A DNA stretch of 64,000 bases from Eledone cirrhosa (GCA_964016885.1 OZ024742.1:42718001-42782000), one strand, 5' to 3'. Positions 21,600 to 43,308 are shown, counted from the first letter of the stretch. Numbers and translations are program-made. Notes: generated by a model not told the origin, from the letters alone.

Positions 21600-24075
21600 A
21601 TGCAGATTCCAGGAGCTTTGAGGTTGTTGAACATCTTCATGGCAGCTCTGACATCATTGAGGGTGACAGGATCGAATCTGCAAGTGTTGTTGGCTGCAGC
21701 TGTGTGCAGTGATGGTTAGGTAAGGTTTGATTGGGATGGGTGGGTGATGAAGAAGAAAGCTAAAGTGTTCCTTCCAGCATTCGAGGCAAGTGCTTTCTGT
21801 AGTGATGATGATGTAATTGATATCCTTCAAAAAGACTGTCTTAATCCAGGGACTGACATAGGCTCTGCGGAGTGTGTTGAACACCTGGCTGAGGTTGTTG
21901 TTCCTTGCTGCTGCCTCCAGGTGCTCGGCGTCTTCTGCTCAGAACCTCTCCTGGTCATCCATTACAGCTTTGTTGCATATCCAGTTAAGGTGGCGGTATT
22001 AATTTATGTTACCTCTCAGGTGAGCCTTTTGGAGACAGTTGATTATCTCCAGTGTCTGCACTGAAATCCAGGGCTGTCTGGGAAGATGTCTTGAGTTTAC
22101 TAGGACATCTCACACAGACTGGATGACGCTTGATTTAAAGATCTAGTTGTCAGCCTCATACTTGGCCACGGTGCTGAAGCGATTGCCAATGGAGCACACA
22201 AATGTAGTGTTGATGATGGGATTACGGAGACATGAGTCAAGGCCGGGCTGGTACTTGGTGCCAGGGTCTGCCTGCAACTTCAGATTCAGTGTCTCAAGCC
22301 AGCAACCGATGGTCAGTATTGCCAAGTTGAGCTTGCTAAGTTGAGCTTGTAGTGGAACTACGTCGCACCTCGCAATAGCAACATTTTCATATGTAATAAG
22401 GTCAAACTGACCAATGGGAAGTTGCGTATGAATACATGGTCAATCTCACTCTCGCTCTCTGGTGAAAAACCTCAGACAGCACTGGAGAGACCTGACAGAC
22501 CGAGCTGACCAGGAGATGATACGGACACGCGAAGAATTATTGCAAAATGACTCCTACATTCCTTTTTGACAAATAAAATTATATTTATAGAGGATTGAGC
22601 GTTAAAGAGCTATTTATTTATATCCTGGAAGTCAGAAGCATTTACTACCGATGAGAAGCTACCAACTCTTCGATTAAGGTATTTCAATTATATCGCTTAT
22701 AAATAAGATCCTTCAAAGACTGATAACATGCAATTGTAAGTGTAGATAATATTTAACCCCTCATCCTATCTATAAGCTTCTCTGTAGACCCAGCAGTTAG
22801 TGATACGACCTTCAGTGGCAGAAGATGATGATGTTGTTGATTGCCTTCCAGGTATAGCTGTCTGGACTGTACCAAGTCTAATGTTGGATGAATTTGCAGG
22901 GGAACCAGGGGTCAGTGATATAGAGATTATTGTAGCGCCACAGGTGATTACCATTGTCATTGATGGATGGCTTAGCAAAGGTTGTGTCAATGGGCTGGGT
23001 CTGCAATGGGTTGTTTGGAGCGAACCTGGCAGAAGAAGAGATGGTAGTATTTGCGTCCGTCAAGATGGTCGTGATGTCATGGGCTGAGATTTGTCCTAAA
23101 ACCTGTTGGAGCTGATCATAATAGTCGTCCTTGAGATGTCTGGAGGGGCATAGGCAACAACGATAGTCATCTTCCTGTGTCAGTGGAGAAAATGCGCAGA
23201 CAGCAATTGGTTGCTTACAGGGTTCCAGCTGATGACTTGTGAATGTGCTTGGACATGGCCAGTACCATACTGCTGAGGCCCGTCCGGTCTCCACGGCCAC
23301 TCCAGATGACGCAGTGGTCTCCTGCGATGAATTCGCCACTGCCAGACCCACCGCGTCTCACAGAGTCCCGCCAGTATGATGTTATAGTGCAGGGGTGTGC
23401 AACAGGCAGCCCGTGGGCCACAATCTGGCCTGCCAGAGTGGCCCACAATGACTGTTTTTAATTTTTACCTCATTTCAAATTTTTTTCGTAACCATAATAC
23501 AATTTTCTGTTAGTTGACCTATACTAAAGGGCTTCACTGATAGAGTTACCTGTGTTATAATTTCCCAGTTACATGTTATGGAAAGAAGTTGAGGTGAATC
23601 TTTGGAATAGTACTTAATAAATATTAATGGCCCTAATAGTTGTTCCAATGTTCAAAACTGGCCCGCCAATGGAATATGTTGCACACCTCTGTTATAGTGA
23701 GATAGCTCTTGGGACAGCAGAGTGGCTGCTCAAGGGCGAGGGAGCGGCAGGACGTTCCACGTGGCAAAACGAATTTTGTAGCGTAAGTCAATTTCTCGTT
23801 GAGGGCAGGGTCTGTTCTGATGTTGGGCAGTCTGGTTTCTTCTGGTTGCTTTCGTAACAGGTTGATGGTTCTTCCGAGCGGGTTGTTGGCCCTCCGCAGA
23901 ATAGTCAAATGATGGGGCTGCCAACATGGCGGAGAGCCGACACGCCGCGGGTCACCGTTGGTCTAGAGCTTCCTAAAGAGACCTGCCCTTCTCGGGTGAC
24001 CCTACCTGGACCAAAGCTCCAGACGGTAACACTCTTTCGGATTTATGGAACACACAAGCCCCCTCGCCACAAGGA
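21600..24075 (-). mobile_element. Decayed RTE-clade LINE 5' half (5'UTR plus APE endonuclease), interrupted twice
   Basis: KIRFATWNVL; ELSHYNIILAGLCETRW (restored after removing the MITE); VAYAP; KDDYYDQLQQVL...ILTDAN; INDNG; ITNCWVYREA; QLGNTDHRLL. These are APE motifs in order, with insertions at ~22345-22775 and 23390-23691. Confidence 0.85.
23390..23691. mobile_element. hAT (Charlie-like) MITE, 302 bp, nested in the RTE
   Basis: TIRs CAGGGGTGTGCAACA / TGTTGCACACCTCTG (14/15); perfect 8-bp TSD TTATAGTG at 23382-23389 and 23692-23699. Confidence 0.92.
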
Positions 24076-24556
24076 GGTATATATATACGCGTGTGTGTTT
24101 GTGTGTGTGCGTGCGTGTGTATTTACGTTTGTGTCTTTATATTCCATAAACTTAACGGGTGCGACAAAAAAAGTGATCGATAAAATAAATAAGACTTGAA
24201 ATTAATATGATCAACTACCAAAGCGGTGCCCATCTATTGACTGAAATTAGTAAATAAAAAAAAAAAAAAGTGTGTACACGTTGTGTATCATAAGTTAATA
24301 AGTAAATTACAACAGTATTTGTTTGTGACATTTCTCCTTTCACTCTCAGGAAAGCTACTTTGAATGGGCAATAGAATTTGGAGACTGTATTACAAAAACA
24401 ATAATAATAATTTCTTTTGGAACGAATTCAAATTATGTCGTATAGGGATATCACACAGGCATGCAAACATACACGTCGAATTATATTTATTTCACATAAT
24501 TATATATATATATAAGCCAGTCAGAGTATAGCTTAAAGCTTTCTCTGTTAATGTAT

Positions 24557-24599
<43 letters not shown>

Positions 24600-24622
24600 T
24601 CAATATATATGTGTGTATGTCA

Positions 24623-24667
<45 letters not shown>

Positions 24668-24723
24668 TATATACATACACAGACATATATATAAATATAT
24701 GTGTATATATATACATACACACA

Positions 24724-24799
24724 TAGGGTGTCCCCAAAAATGTATACACACTTTGATTAGAATGCTATTGAAGTGTGTATAAATTTTTTGTACACTCTA
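24724..24799. mobile_element. ~78-bp Tc1/mariner-type micro-MITE
   Basis: AGGGTGTCCCCAAAAATGTATACACACTT ... AAGTGTGTATAAATTTTTTGTACACTCT; other copies at 43231-43308 and 44540-44618. Confidence 0.8.
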
Positions 24800-25379
24800 T
24801 ATATATAAATGCAAAACTATATATATGTATTCATATATATATATATATCTATCTATATAGATAGATATATATATATATAAAATAATTATATTTACTGCGG
24901 CTTTATGTGTGGCAGGGGGGATAATCCTGACGTACGTAATATTTGAACGTTGTACGTGTGTAGACCGGAAGTTAATTTTAAGAGTAGTAAGGAGAGAGAA
25001 CGGAAGTAGTATTGAGAAAGAAGGGAAGTGCGTAAAGGTGTGTGGTGTGATGTTTGCTGATAGGTAGCCATCATTATATTCATAAAGAGCTGGACATTTT
25101 AACTTTTGTTTTACTCAAACGTGGGCACCAATACTGTAGGGTACACGAAACAGGACACAAAAAAAAAAAGAAAAAAGCAGACGGAGGTACTCGCACTAGG
25201 ATATATATATAGCTACCTTTTTCTTTCCTACCACTACTGCCTATGCAAAAGGATCGCTGAGCTCTTTAGAAAGGATATTGAAAAAAAAAAAACAAAAAAA
25301 AAACTGAAAACCAAAGCCTAACAATATAGGGGCATTTAATAGAAATTGAGGTGGAAATTGCTGGACTTAATTAACTGTT

Positions 25380-25973
25380 GAGTGATATAAGACTAACGGA
25401 CAGACGTAGAGGAGAGGCAAGCAAGATAATGTCGAAGAAGTAGAAAAGCGCCAAATCTTCGTTCGTTTCAAGTTTTTTCCCTTTAAACTAAATATCTCAT
25501 GGACTGTATGTGTGTGGCGCTTGTCTGGTGTGTAGAGAGTTGATTCTCCTCCGTAATACAAGAGGAGCCACATAACATGCATAGCTTAACGTTTGTGTGA
25601 GACAGTCTATTGGTTCTGCGCATATATATGTAACACATTTGTGTGGGTTTGTTTTGTTCCTAAAGTCACTAAAACAAAAAGAGACGAAAAAAGTCATTTT
25701 TGAAGTAAAAGAGAATTCTGAAGGTAGGACATTGAAATTATTTCATCTGTTAAAAAGTAAGATGGCCGTTACTGATAACAAAATCAAAATGTTCTAGATA
25801 TCAGCTTCACATACATTAGTTGTACCTTGAAGTTTCTCATTCCAGCTCCCATCCTGATACAGACGCATTTATATTTATTTTGTTTTAAGAGGTGAAAAAG
25901 ACCGCTCAAAGCGACTCAAATTGTTATATCTGATCTAAGTAGTGTCGGGTAATTTAGCACAAGTTTAAATTGT
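25380..25973 (+). promoter_or_regulatory. Putative promoter/5'UTR of the SR gene with a possible 5'UTR intron (25724-25889)
   Basis: CpG-richer unique DNA; TATAAG at 25386; AAG|GTAGGA donor at 25724; T-rich acceptor ending TTTTAAG at 25889. Confidence 0.35.
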
Positions 25974-26711
25974 ATGCCCCGATATCGAGACACAATGCTA
26001 GATTGTAAAGTTTACGTTGGGGATCTTCCCCGTGATGCATCAGAAAAAGAGTTGGAACGGTCTTTTCGCCACTACGGTCCACTGAAAAGCGTGTGGGTAG
26101 CTCGAAACCCGGCTGGCTTTGCCTTCGTTGAGTACGAAGACCCGCGCGATGCCGAGGATGCGATCCGCGCCCTCGATGGCAAGACGATGTGCGGGGTTCG
26201 GGTCCGCGTGGAACACTCCACGGGCAAAGTGCGACCAAAGCCATGGTCGCGCGGTGGTGGCGGGGGAGGTGGTGGTGGTGGTGGAGGCGGTCGTGGTCCT
26301 TCTAGGCCTCGGCGTCCGTTTAACCCCGAGGACCGATGCTACGAATGTGGCGAAAGGGGACACTACGCCTACGAGTGTAACCGCTACAACCGAAGGCGGA
26401 GATCGACCGGTGGTGGTATGGGTGGTGGTCCCGGAGGTGGCGGTGGATTTGGAGGTGGAGGCGGCGGCTTCGGTGGTGGTAGTGGTGGTGGTCACGGAGT
26501 TGGTTCGTCAGGTCGATCGAGAGGTGGAGGTGGTGGACGAAGAAGCTACAGTCGAAGTCGAAGCCGTAGTAGTAGTCGTAGCCGAAGTCGCAGTCCCAGG
26601 AGTCGCACTAAGTCACGTAGTCGCAGCTTCTCGCCACAGTCTAGGTCATCCCACTCGCCTCTGAGTCGGGGTAGGGACAGTCCTCTGGCCAGGAACGGCA
26701 CAGACGACTAA
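25974..26711 (+). CDS. SRSF7: Serine/arginine-rich splicing factor, SRSF3/SRSF7 family (SRSF7/9G8-like, with zinc knuckle); single-exon CDS, 245 aa
   Basis: [11 protein letters not shown]...[45 protein letters not shown]; CCHC knuckle [14 protein letters not shown]; RS domain [18 protein letters not shown]; ORF intact. SRSF7 rather than SRSF3 is inferred from the knuckle. Confidence 0.95.
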   Translation: MPRYRDTMLDCKVYVGDLPRDASEKELERSFRHYGPLKSVWVARNPAGFAFVEYEDPRDAEDAIRALDGKTMCGVRVRVEHSTGKVRPKPWSRGGGGGGGGGGGGGRGPSRPRRPFNPEDRCYECGERGHYAYECNRYNRRRRSTGGGMGGGPGGGGGFGGGGGGFGGGSGGGHGVGSSGRSRGGGGGRRSYSRSRSRSSSRSRSRSPRSRTKSRSRSFSPQSRSSHSPLSRGRDSPLARNGTDD

Positions 26712-28488
26712 ATTCATCTCCACCACTCATATATATATATACATATATATATATATATTTAGTTAATTGTAGCCTTCTCAACCTTATTCACATAAGTCAG
26801 TCATACTACCAGCACCACCAACCTCGCCTCGCTCAATTTCCTTCCCCTATAACTAACTACTATTTACAATCTCTTCCACACACTCGTCTACATATAACCG
26901 CTCTCACCTACCTTTTTTTAAAAATCCTCAGTAATTTTTAATTCATTTTCTCCCAAATTTTCTAATTAAAAAAAACAAAACTAATTTGATATAAGGTATT
27001 AACTATTTTTCATTGGTAATTATTCCACGATAAAAGTAAGAATTTCCGATAATAATGATAATTGCTGCTTTTTTATGAGGAACAAGGTTGCACCGTGTTC
27101 TCGTAAACCTTTACATTATTTACGGTCTTGTGATGTTTGTTCTATTCTCTCGTAGATTTGTAACCTAAATGAAGTAGGTGTTCTTGCATCAACCGAGAAT
27201 AGAAAACAAAATCGCTTGCTGCGACTCTAACGAGTTCGTGCCGAGTATGTTTACTATTCCCTGGTTGGAACCACTTTATCTATGTCGCTGATACGCACTT
27301 GAGAAATGCATGAACATCACATCTTCATTCACCCATCTTGTAGCTGTAGTCGCGTCACTTCACCGAATGTTGCTGTTGTCCTTGAGAAAAGCATGAATGT
27401 CGCAGCAGCTTCTCTTTTCACCTCTTTCATTAGATAAGGTCCTTGTGGCTATGTAAGCAGTATTGTCAGAATCGTTAGACCGTCGGACAAAATGCCATGT
27501 GGTATTTAGTTACGGCCCTTTACGTTCTGAGTTCAAATCCCGCCGAGGTTAACTTACACTTTCAGCCTTCTGCAGTTGATAAATCATCTGCACATTGGAA
27601 GATGTATCTGAAAAATATGTTATGGAGGAACAAAGTCGGTGGGAGGGCAAAATCCTATATTGAAATGAAAATAAAATGAGCCAATTTATTGTGACATGTT
27701 TTGATTAAATGATAGTAATTAAAGGAATGAAAAAAAAAGCTTCCGTAAATGAGTTTTATATTTGTTCGTGACTACACATTTTCCTTTTTTTTTTCATTCA
27801 ATTCTCTTTCGTTATAATCAAAACATCCGGTACATCGGGTCGGCTGGTTCTACTTCCACTTCAATATGGAATGCTTATCGGATTTTGCTATTATGCCCTA
27901 TAGGTCATATATACACTGGTACTACCTCTTCCCTATAAATATATAGCCAAAGTTATAGCAAGGAGTTTCACAAACAGTTGACCGCCAGACTGAGTCTCGT
28001 GGATAGTTGGACTCATAATCATAACGGGCGGTGTATTGTATAATTGAGTAAGACACTTCATTTCATGTTTTTCATGATGGGACTGAGGTTTCTATCATTA
28101 AACATTCAAGAAACCTCTGAGATGCTACCCAATAAAAGGTCAACTAAGCTTGCATAGGAGCGAGTGAGCTGTGAAATTTCATTTTCATGTCAATCTACCC
28201 CGCCGTGAACTTTGTCTTCGATTTTTCCGTGATATAAAGTACTGAGGTTGATTTAATCGACTATATTCCCATACTTCACCCCCATAAATATTAGAGGCCA
28301 AAAGAGCTGCTGAAGTAAATTGGAAAGTACCACCAGTTAAGCGAGTCTGTTAACCTATCTTTACTCTATCAATCTTATATGCAGTGTATAGTGTGTGTCT
28401 GTATACATATATATATATATACACACACACAAATGATACCATGTACCTATTTTAAGCTTGATATATATGTACAAACTGACTCCCAATG

Positions 28489-28529
<41 letters not shown>

Positions 28530-28639
28530 GTGTGTATGTATATATATATATATGTTACTAGTAAGACCATTATTCAACTTAGTACTCCATACTTAAGGAA
28601 AGTATAATGTAAATATTAGTATAGGATAGGAAATCGACG

Positions 28640-28750
28640 CTGGGGAGAATAAGTACTCAATACCATAGTAGAAATTAAGTTTTATAAAGGTGGAATCAGT
28701 TGCCTGTCTGATGAGTAACAGGCCACTGGCTCACCCTTAATGAAACTCTC
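28640..28750. mobile_element. Penelope-like pLTR relic with internally deleted hammerhead
   Basis: CCTGT-CTGATGA-GTA-ACAGG at 28703-28722; AAGTACTCAATACCATAGTAGA is an inverted relative of the 13143-13163 tail. Confidence 0.5.
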
Positions 28751-28766
28751 TCTCTCCCCCTCTCTC

Positions 28767-28805
<39 letters not shown>

Positions 28806-29297
28806 GACATTAATTTCTCAGCTAATTTTTAATCACATTAATAAATGTATTAATTGTAATTAAAATAATAGATATTCACCTCTTTCTCTATCATCACTCA
28901 AACAATTAAAACAGAAAAAAACACCTATAATACTGAAGGTATATGTCAGAAAGAGGAGAGGGGAACAATAATCTCTTTACATTTGATTTTAGTTGCTGCT
29001 GCTGCTTTTTATAACCACCATTAAGAGCTTAATTGCCATACCATACTAGTTAATGGCTAACTCCTTATTCCCATTTATTTTTCAATTGAATAAACCTGCG
29101 GCATGTGCTGTCTTGGGCAAGACAATAGAAAGCAGCTAACTATTTGAAACAAATTTGCCCTCTTTTTCATTAGCAGTACCTTTTCCATCCTTGACCTGTG
29201 CCACCACTACCACCACCACCACCACCACTTGTCCCAACATCCTAAAAGTCATGATTCTCTGGATTATTGAATTATTAACTCATTAGCAATCTGTACC

Positions 29298-29712
29298 ACA
29301 TTAGCAAGACCTTGAAAAATGCAAAACATTATGACTGCATCATATTAAAAATTAAAGTCTTTAATTTAGTTTATTGCAAATTTTCAGGACAATCTATCTA
29401 CTAGTAAGTATACTATGAACAATTGAGTTAACAAACCTTTTTTTTTTAAAATATATTTTCTTTTAAATCATTACAGGATTTTAAGAGTTTCTTAACGTCC
29501 TGTACTGCATGAAACTGCATTAGCAAGACATTCTTGAAAAGTACAAAACAGCACTATGACTGCATCACATTAAAAATTAGTCTTTACTCTAATACTGCAA
29601 ATTTTCATAACAATCTGTATACTAGTAAAAATACTATAAACATTTGAATTATCTCGCCCCAATTATTTTTTGAGATATTTTCTCCTAAATCATTACAGAA
29701 TGTTAAGAGTTA
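29298..29712. repeat. Diverged tandem duplication, ~220-bp period
   Basis: CATTAGCAAGAC..TTGAAAA..CAAAACA..ATGACTGCATCA.ATTAAAAATTA...TGCAAATTTTCA..ACAATCT...ACTAGTAA...TAAATCATTACAG...TTAAGAGTT occurs twice. Confidence 0.85.
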
Positions 29713-31551
29713 ATGTAAAATAGCTCTCCTATCTTCCTATCTCTGGTGATGATCTAACCGTCATCATTAAGACCAACAGAAGCAACAACTTATACTTGAA
29801 CTTGTCTGCTCCATTTTGAAATTCAGTAACGGCTCTTCTGAAATACAACAGATTTCTTCCATATTAGTAATAATCTTGGTTGAACACATTGATATAACTT
29901 CCTACCTATTATTTGTCAAGACAAAGAAGAGAAAGACACCTAAAAAAATCCATTGTTTTGGCTTGGCAGTGGACAAAGTGTGAGAAGAGAACACAGTTTA
30001 AATCCGGTTTGAAACCACATCACCTTTTTAATACATTCAATGAAATTTTAAATGCCACAGTTTCCCTCCATTTTAATTCAAATAATTAATGATTTGTAAC
30101 TCTTAAAAAAAAAAAAAAATCATTGTTATTGTCATTATTAGGGCAATGGATTTACAGAATCATTAGAGCATTGGACAAATGCTTTGCCGTATTTGTTCCA
30201 GTTCTCTATCTTCTGAGTTCAAATCCTGCCATGACCAACTTTGCTTTTCATTCTTCTGTGGTAGATAAAATAAAGTACCAGTCAATTACTGGGTCAATTA
30301 AAGTGACTTTCTGCTCACCCAAACTACTGGCCTTGTCTAAATCTGAAACAATTATTATTATTGGGATAAACAGATATCAAGGGGCTGTATTTCTACATTC
30401 TATCTGCTGCTTTACAATATCTGGTTCATATTCTGGCAATTTGGACGTTTTTTTAAAAACTTTTTCTATTACCGTCTCTCCTGGAGATGGCAATGTGTAA
30501 ACTATTGGAGATTTGAAGCTAAATTGATTGCCTATAACTGATTTCTACCACCTCAAGAAAATCCTGATACTTCCATCAACACATCTGTCCTTCTCTGAGG
30601 AACAGGTGAATAAAATGCGTGTAAGTTAGGTTTGGAAATGTTAGCTCAGTTTGGTAATCCTGCAAGAATTGAAGCCATTTTGAATTCTGGTGTGAAAGAG
30701 AGTTTGCCCACAGGCATGGCTTCCTCCTACTCATCATCATCATTATCAGTAGTAGCACTGACTGATGGCTGGCAATTACACAGTAGCAACATATCTCCTC
30801 TTCTTCTGTTGGTGACAACTGTAGACAGGAACAACTGCAATAAACAGTGGCAACATCAACACTGTGCCACTGCCACAACTTTAGCACCATCTGTACCACT
30901 TCTGTAGCAGCAGCAATATGAAGACCAGACCAACAGAAGCAACAGCGGCAGCAATACCAATAGCAGCAGTGGCAGCAACACCAATAGCAGCAGCGGCAGC
31001 AACACCAGTAGCAGCAGCAGCAATTAATGCAGCTCCATGTAGTGAGAAGTAACAACTGCAGCAGCAACATTAAGTGTAACAGCAACAGCAGCATCATCAT
31101 GCAACTGTAACTAAAACATCATCATCATCAACAAACAACATTATAGTAAAAACAACACTCCTGGATCATTTGTGTATGTATTCTATTTCTTTTGTTTTTG
31201 TTGATGTTGATGATGTATATAAATTGTCTTCTGTTCATTATTGTGTGATTTTTAAAAAATGTTTAATTGGTTGTTGGTTTCACATTAAACCAACTGAATA
31301 TCTAATCTATATATGTGTGTGTATATATATATAAAAAGTATATATATATGTGTGTGTAAATATATATGTGTGTGTATATATATATGGTATATAAATAAAA
31401 TGTGATCAAAATTTAAGTGTAGTACATTACATTACCAGTGTGGCTAACTTCTATGTCAATGTTCTAAGTAAAATAATTGTATATATATATATATATATAT
31501 ATATAATATGTGTGTGTGTGTGTGTGTATAGCTCTCTTTTGCTTAATATTG

Positions 31552-31587
<36 letters not shown>

Positions 31588-32164
31588 CACTAATATGCAT
31601 ACAAATGACTACAAGGTTGCCTGTGTATGTGATAAACATACATGCTTTCTGTGTATTATGCATTGGTGTGGGAGTATATATATATATATATATATATGTA
31701 TATAATATATACACACACACACACACACTATTTCATGTACACGTGTATATAGGCATTGTAAGTATTACATCAATATACACATGCATACATATATATTTAC
31801 AGACATGCACTAAGTAGTTTATGTATACACAAATGTATGTATAATGTGTCTATAATGTGACCGAACCATAAACAATATTGCATGTAATTTACTATTACTT
31901 CTGCTATTATAAATGTTTACCTAGATTTATTTTGCTTAGTTTTTAAGGAAAATCCATGAGTTTGTGTTTTTTCTTATTATTTGAGAAATTGTAATGTTTC
32001 AATATTGTTTGTTAGGGTATACATAACCCAGTATAAAGTATGACTAGATAATATTGCTTCATCTTTTCAATTTATACATTTTGGTTGAATTTTAATGATT
32101 TCACATATGACATTTGGACTGTGGTGTGTGTATTGTACTTGTATGCTTTGCGTGTGTGTGTGAA

Positions 32165-41015
<8,851 letters not shown>

Positions 41016-41304
41016 TATATCTGTGTGTGTTGATTGTGCTATGGTCAAGTTTGATACATTATGAAAAAAATGGTAAAACCAGAAATATGGGGTGACATTT
41101 TAGATTTATTCTGTGGAGAAACAAATAAAAGTTAAATTATTTAACACAGAACTATATTATAAAATGTTTTATTTATGTATTTCTTGATGCTTTTATATAT
41201 TCCTATTGATAAACTTTTAACTACCATCCATAATTATGTATCTTATTTGTATCTGCCTCACCCAGAAGTAGATTGTAGGGTACATTTGTGTGTGGTCTTC
41301 TGAA

Positions 41305-41497
41305 GCAGTTAGGTACCAGTGAGCAAACCAGATTTCTTGGCTGTCTGGAACCAGATTTCCTGGGTGTTACAGTAGATTACATAGAAGCAATTTGGTATCA
41401 GTGAGCAAACCAGATTTCTTGGGTGTCACAGTAGATTACATAGAAGCAATTTGGTAACACAGAGCAAACCAGATTTCCTACCGCTCACAGTAGATTA
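41305..41497. repeat. Minisatellite, ~3 copies of a ~60-bp unit
   Basis: GAGCAAACCAGATTTC...ACAGTAGATTACATAGAAGCAATTTGGTA repeated. Confidence 0.85.
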
Positions 41498-42639
41498 AAC
41501 AATGCAAAGGAAAGTTAGCAAAAAGAAGTCCTTGGTCCCCTCTATTTTATTTAAACCACTTTGATACCAACCTGCTCAAAACTTGCTTTTTATCTATGAA
41601 AGAACACCCATTTTAAACTAAACTCTTCCAACATAATTTGATATAAAATACTTTTGTTAGGTTATGTTACAAATACAACCTTAATGAAATAATTTTAGTA
41701 AGTCCCTTAAAAATTTTCATTAATTAATCAAAATACAGTGTATTTCATTGGAAATATGGTAATGAAAGGAATTTGTTGGTGTGGTTAAAATGTAGATCAT
41801 GGAACATGTAGGTAATAACAGACTCAGATTAACAGGGATTTGAGATCTTTGGAAGATAACCTCAAATTTTGTGACTGAGGGTTAATTGGAGCAATTTGTT
41901 TAGACTGCAAGTTGTCTTGTGTGTGCTAATATCAAGTGGTTGGTATAGCATATGGCAGTAAGATTGGTCTTTTCACTATCCATGAGATATCACCACAAAG
42001 CTGGTACATTGCTCTGACTCGTGTCATCTCTGGATAGTTATTTGGTTTTTAAATTTAAATCTCAGTAAATATAGGTCAATGTAGAGTGAAGTGTCCAAAG
42101 TAGAGAGGTATTATAGATTATCACAAAACAAATTATTATAAAACACATTATTTCACTAAACACTTCCATTCTTGTTATAGGGCACAGATCAGCAAACTAT
42201 GAACTGGGTTTCATTGAATTCTTTTTCTTTATTCTTTTACTGGTTTCAGTCATTAGATTGACCATGCTGGGACATCGTCTTGATCATATAAATTTTATTT
42301 TATTATGTTGAACCTCAGTTACTTGACATAAAGACATGGACATGCATACAATCAGATTTATTATAGATTTCCACATAGTTTCCATCTTTCAAATTTCACT
42401 GACAAGGCATTGGTCAATCAAAGACTATAGTTGACACTTGATCAAGTTGCCATGTAGTAGCATTGAAGCTGAAACTATATGATTAGGAAGTGCACTTCTT
42501 AACCATACAGCCATGCCTGAATAGAAAATTATGTTTTCCTTATCAATCTTTCATTAATGAACAATAAAATTTAGTATTGATGTGGTCTCCTGAATAAATG
42601 TTTTTATATTAAAATAGAAAATGTTTAGCTGAGTGCCTT

Positions 42640-42775
42640 AATGGTGACCAGTTCCTCCTCTAAATTGAGGGTGATGGCACTCAAGTTTGTGGCCTTAGTG
42701 ATGAGGTTGGCTCTGGAGAAAGTGTCACATGTGGTGTCCCAGATGAGTGGCTCATCCCCCTCGAGCAGGGAAAGG
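42640..42775 (-). mobile_element. Second CRE-like RLE fragment
   Basis: PLIWDTTCDTFSRANLITKATN, homologous to PLIWDATCSNTFSSSNLVQSATN at ~3280-3350. A third piece (IAIETSGVLGP) lies at ~21080-21118. Confidence 0.7.
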
Positions 42776-43230
42776 AAAGGTGTTATTAGTTCGTCTGGTT
42801 ATTTGCTGTCATCACATTAGAGGCAATCAAGCATCAGTTGTAATGGGGGAAACTGGCAGCTTCAAAGCTCCGTAATGACGTCGTTCTGGGATATATAATA
42901 AGTATATATATATATATATTCAGAACCTCAAATGTAACAATCTCATCATTAGTCTGGCAGGGATATCCAACGATCTTATACATCTCTTGTTCTAATCACC
43001 CCCCCTCCCCCGAGCCCCACACGTGCCTTTTCTTTTCTCGTCACTCTAAATACTAATTACTTTTACCATCAGAAGAGAGAGAAAAAAGGGGGTCGGGGCA
43101 AATGTTACCAGAAAGAAAAAGGAAAGCACCCACTAAGTGAATTTAGTAACTAGAAGAAAAAATATTAGTTGTTCGTCCTGGCCACATGGTGACATTGATA
43201 CGTTTGTGTGTGTGTATACATATGTATATA

Positions 43231-43308
43231 CAGGGTGTCCTCCAAAATGTATACACACTTCAACAGTATTCTAATCAAAGTGTGTATACATTTTTGGGGG
43301 ATACCCTG
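43231..43308. mobile_element. ~78-bp micro-MITE
   Basis: TA|CAGGGTGTCCTCCAAAATGTATACACACTT ... AAGTGTGTATACATTTTTGGGGGATACCCTG. Confidence 0.85.

Noticed and set aside
26040-26664. Overlapping ORFs 26040-26495(-), 26119-26664(+) and 25954-26244(-)
   Set aside because: Shadow frames of the GC-rich SR gene with no recognisable domains.
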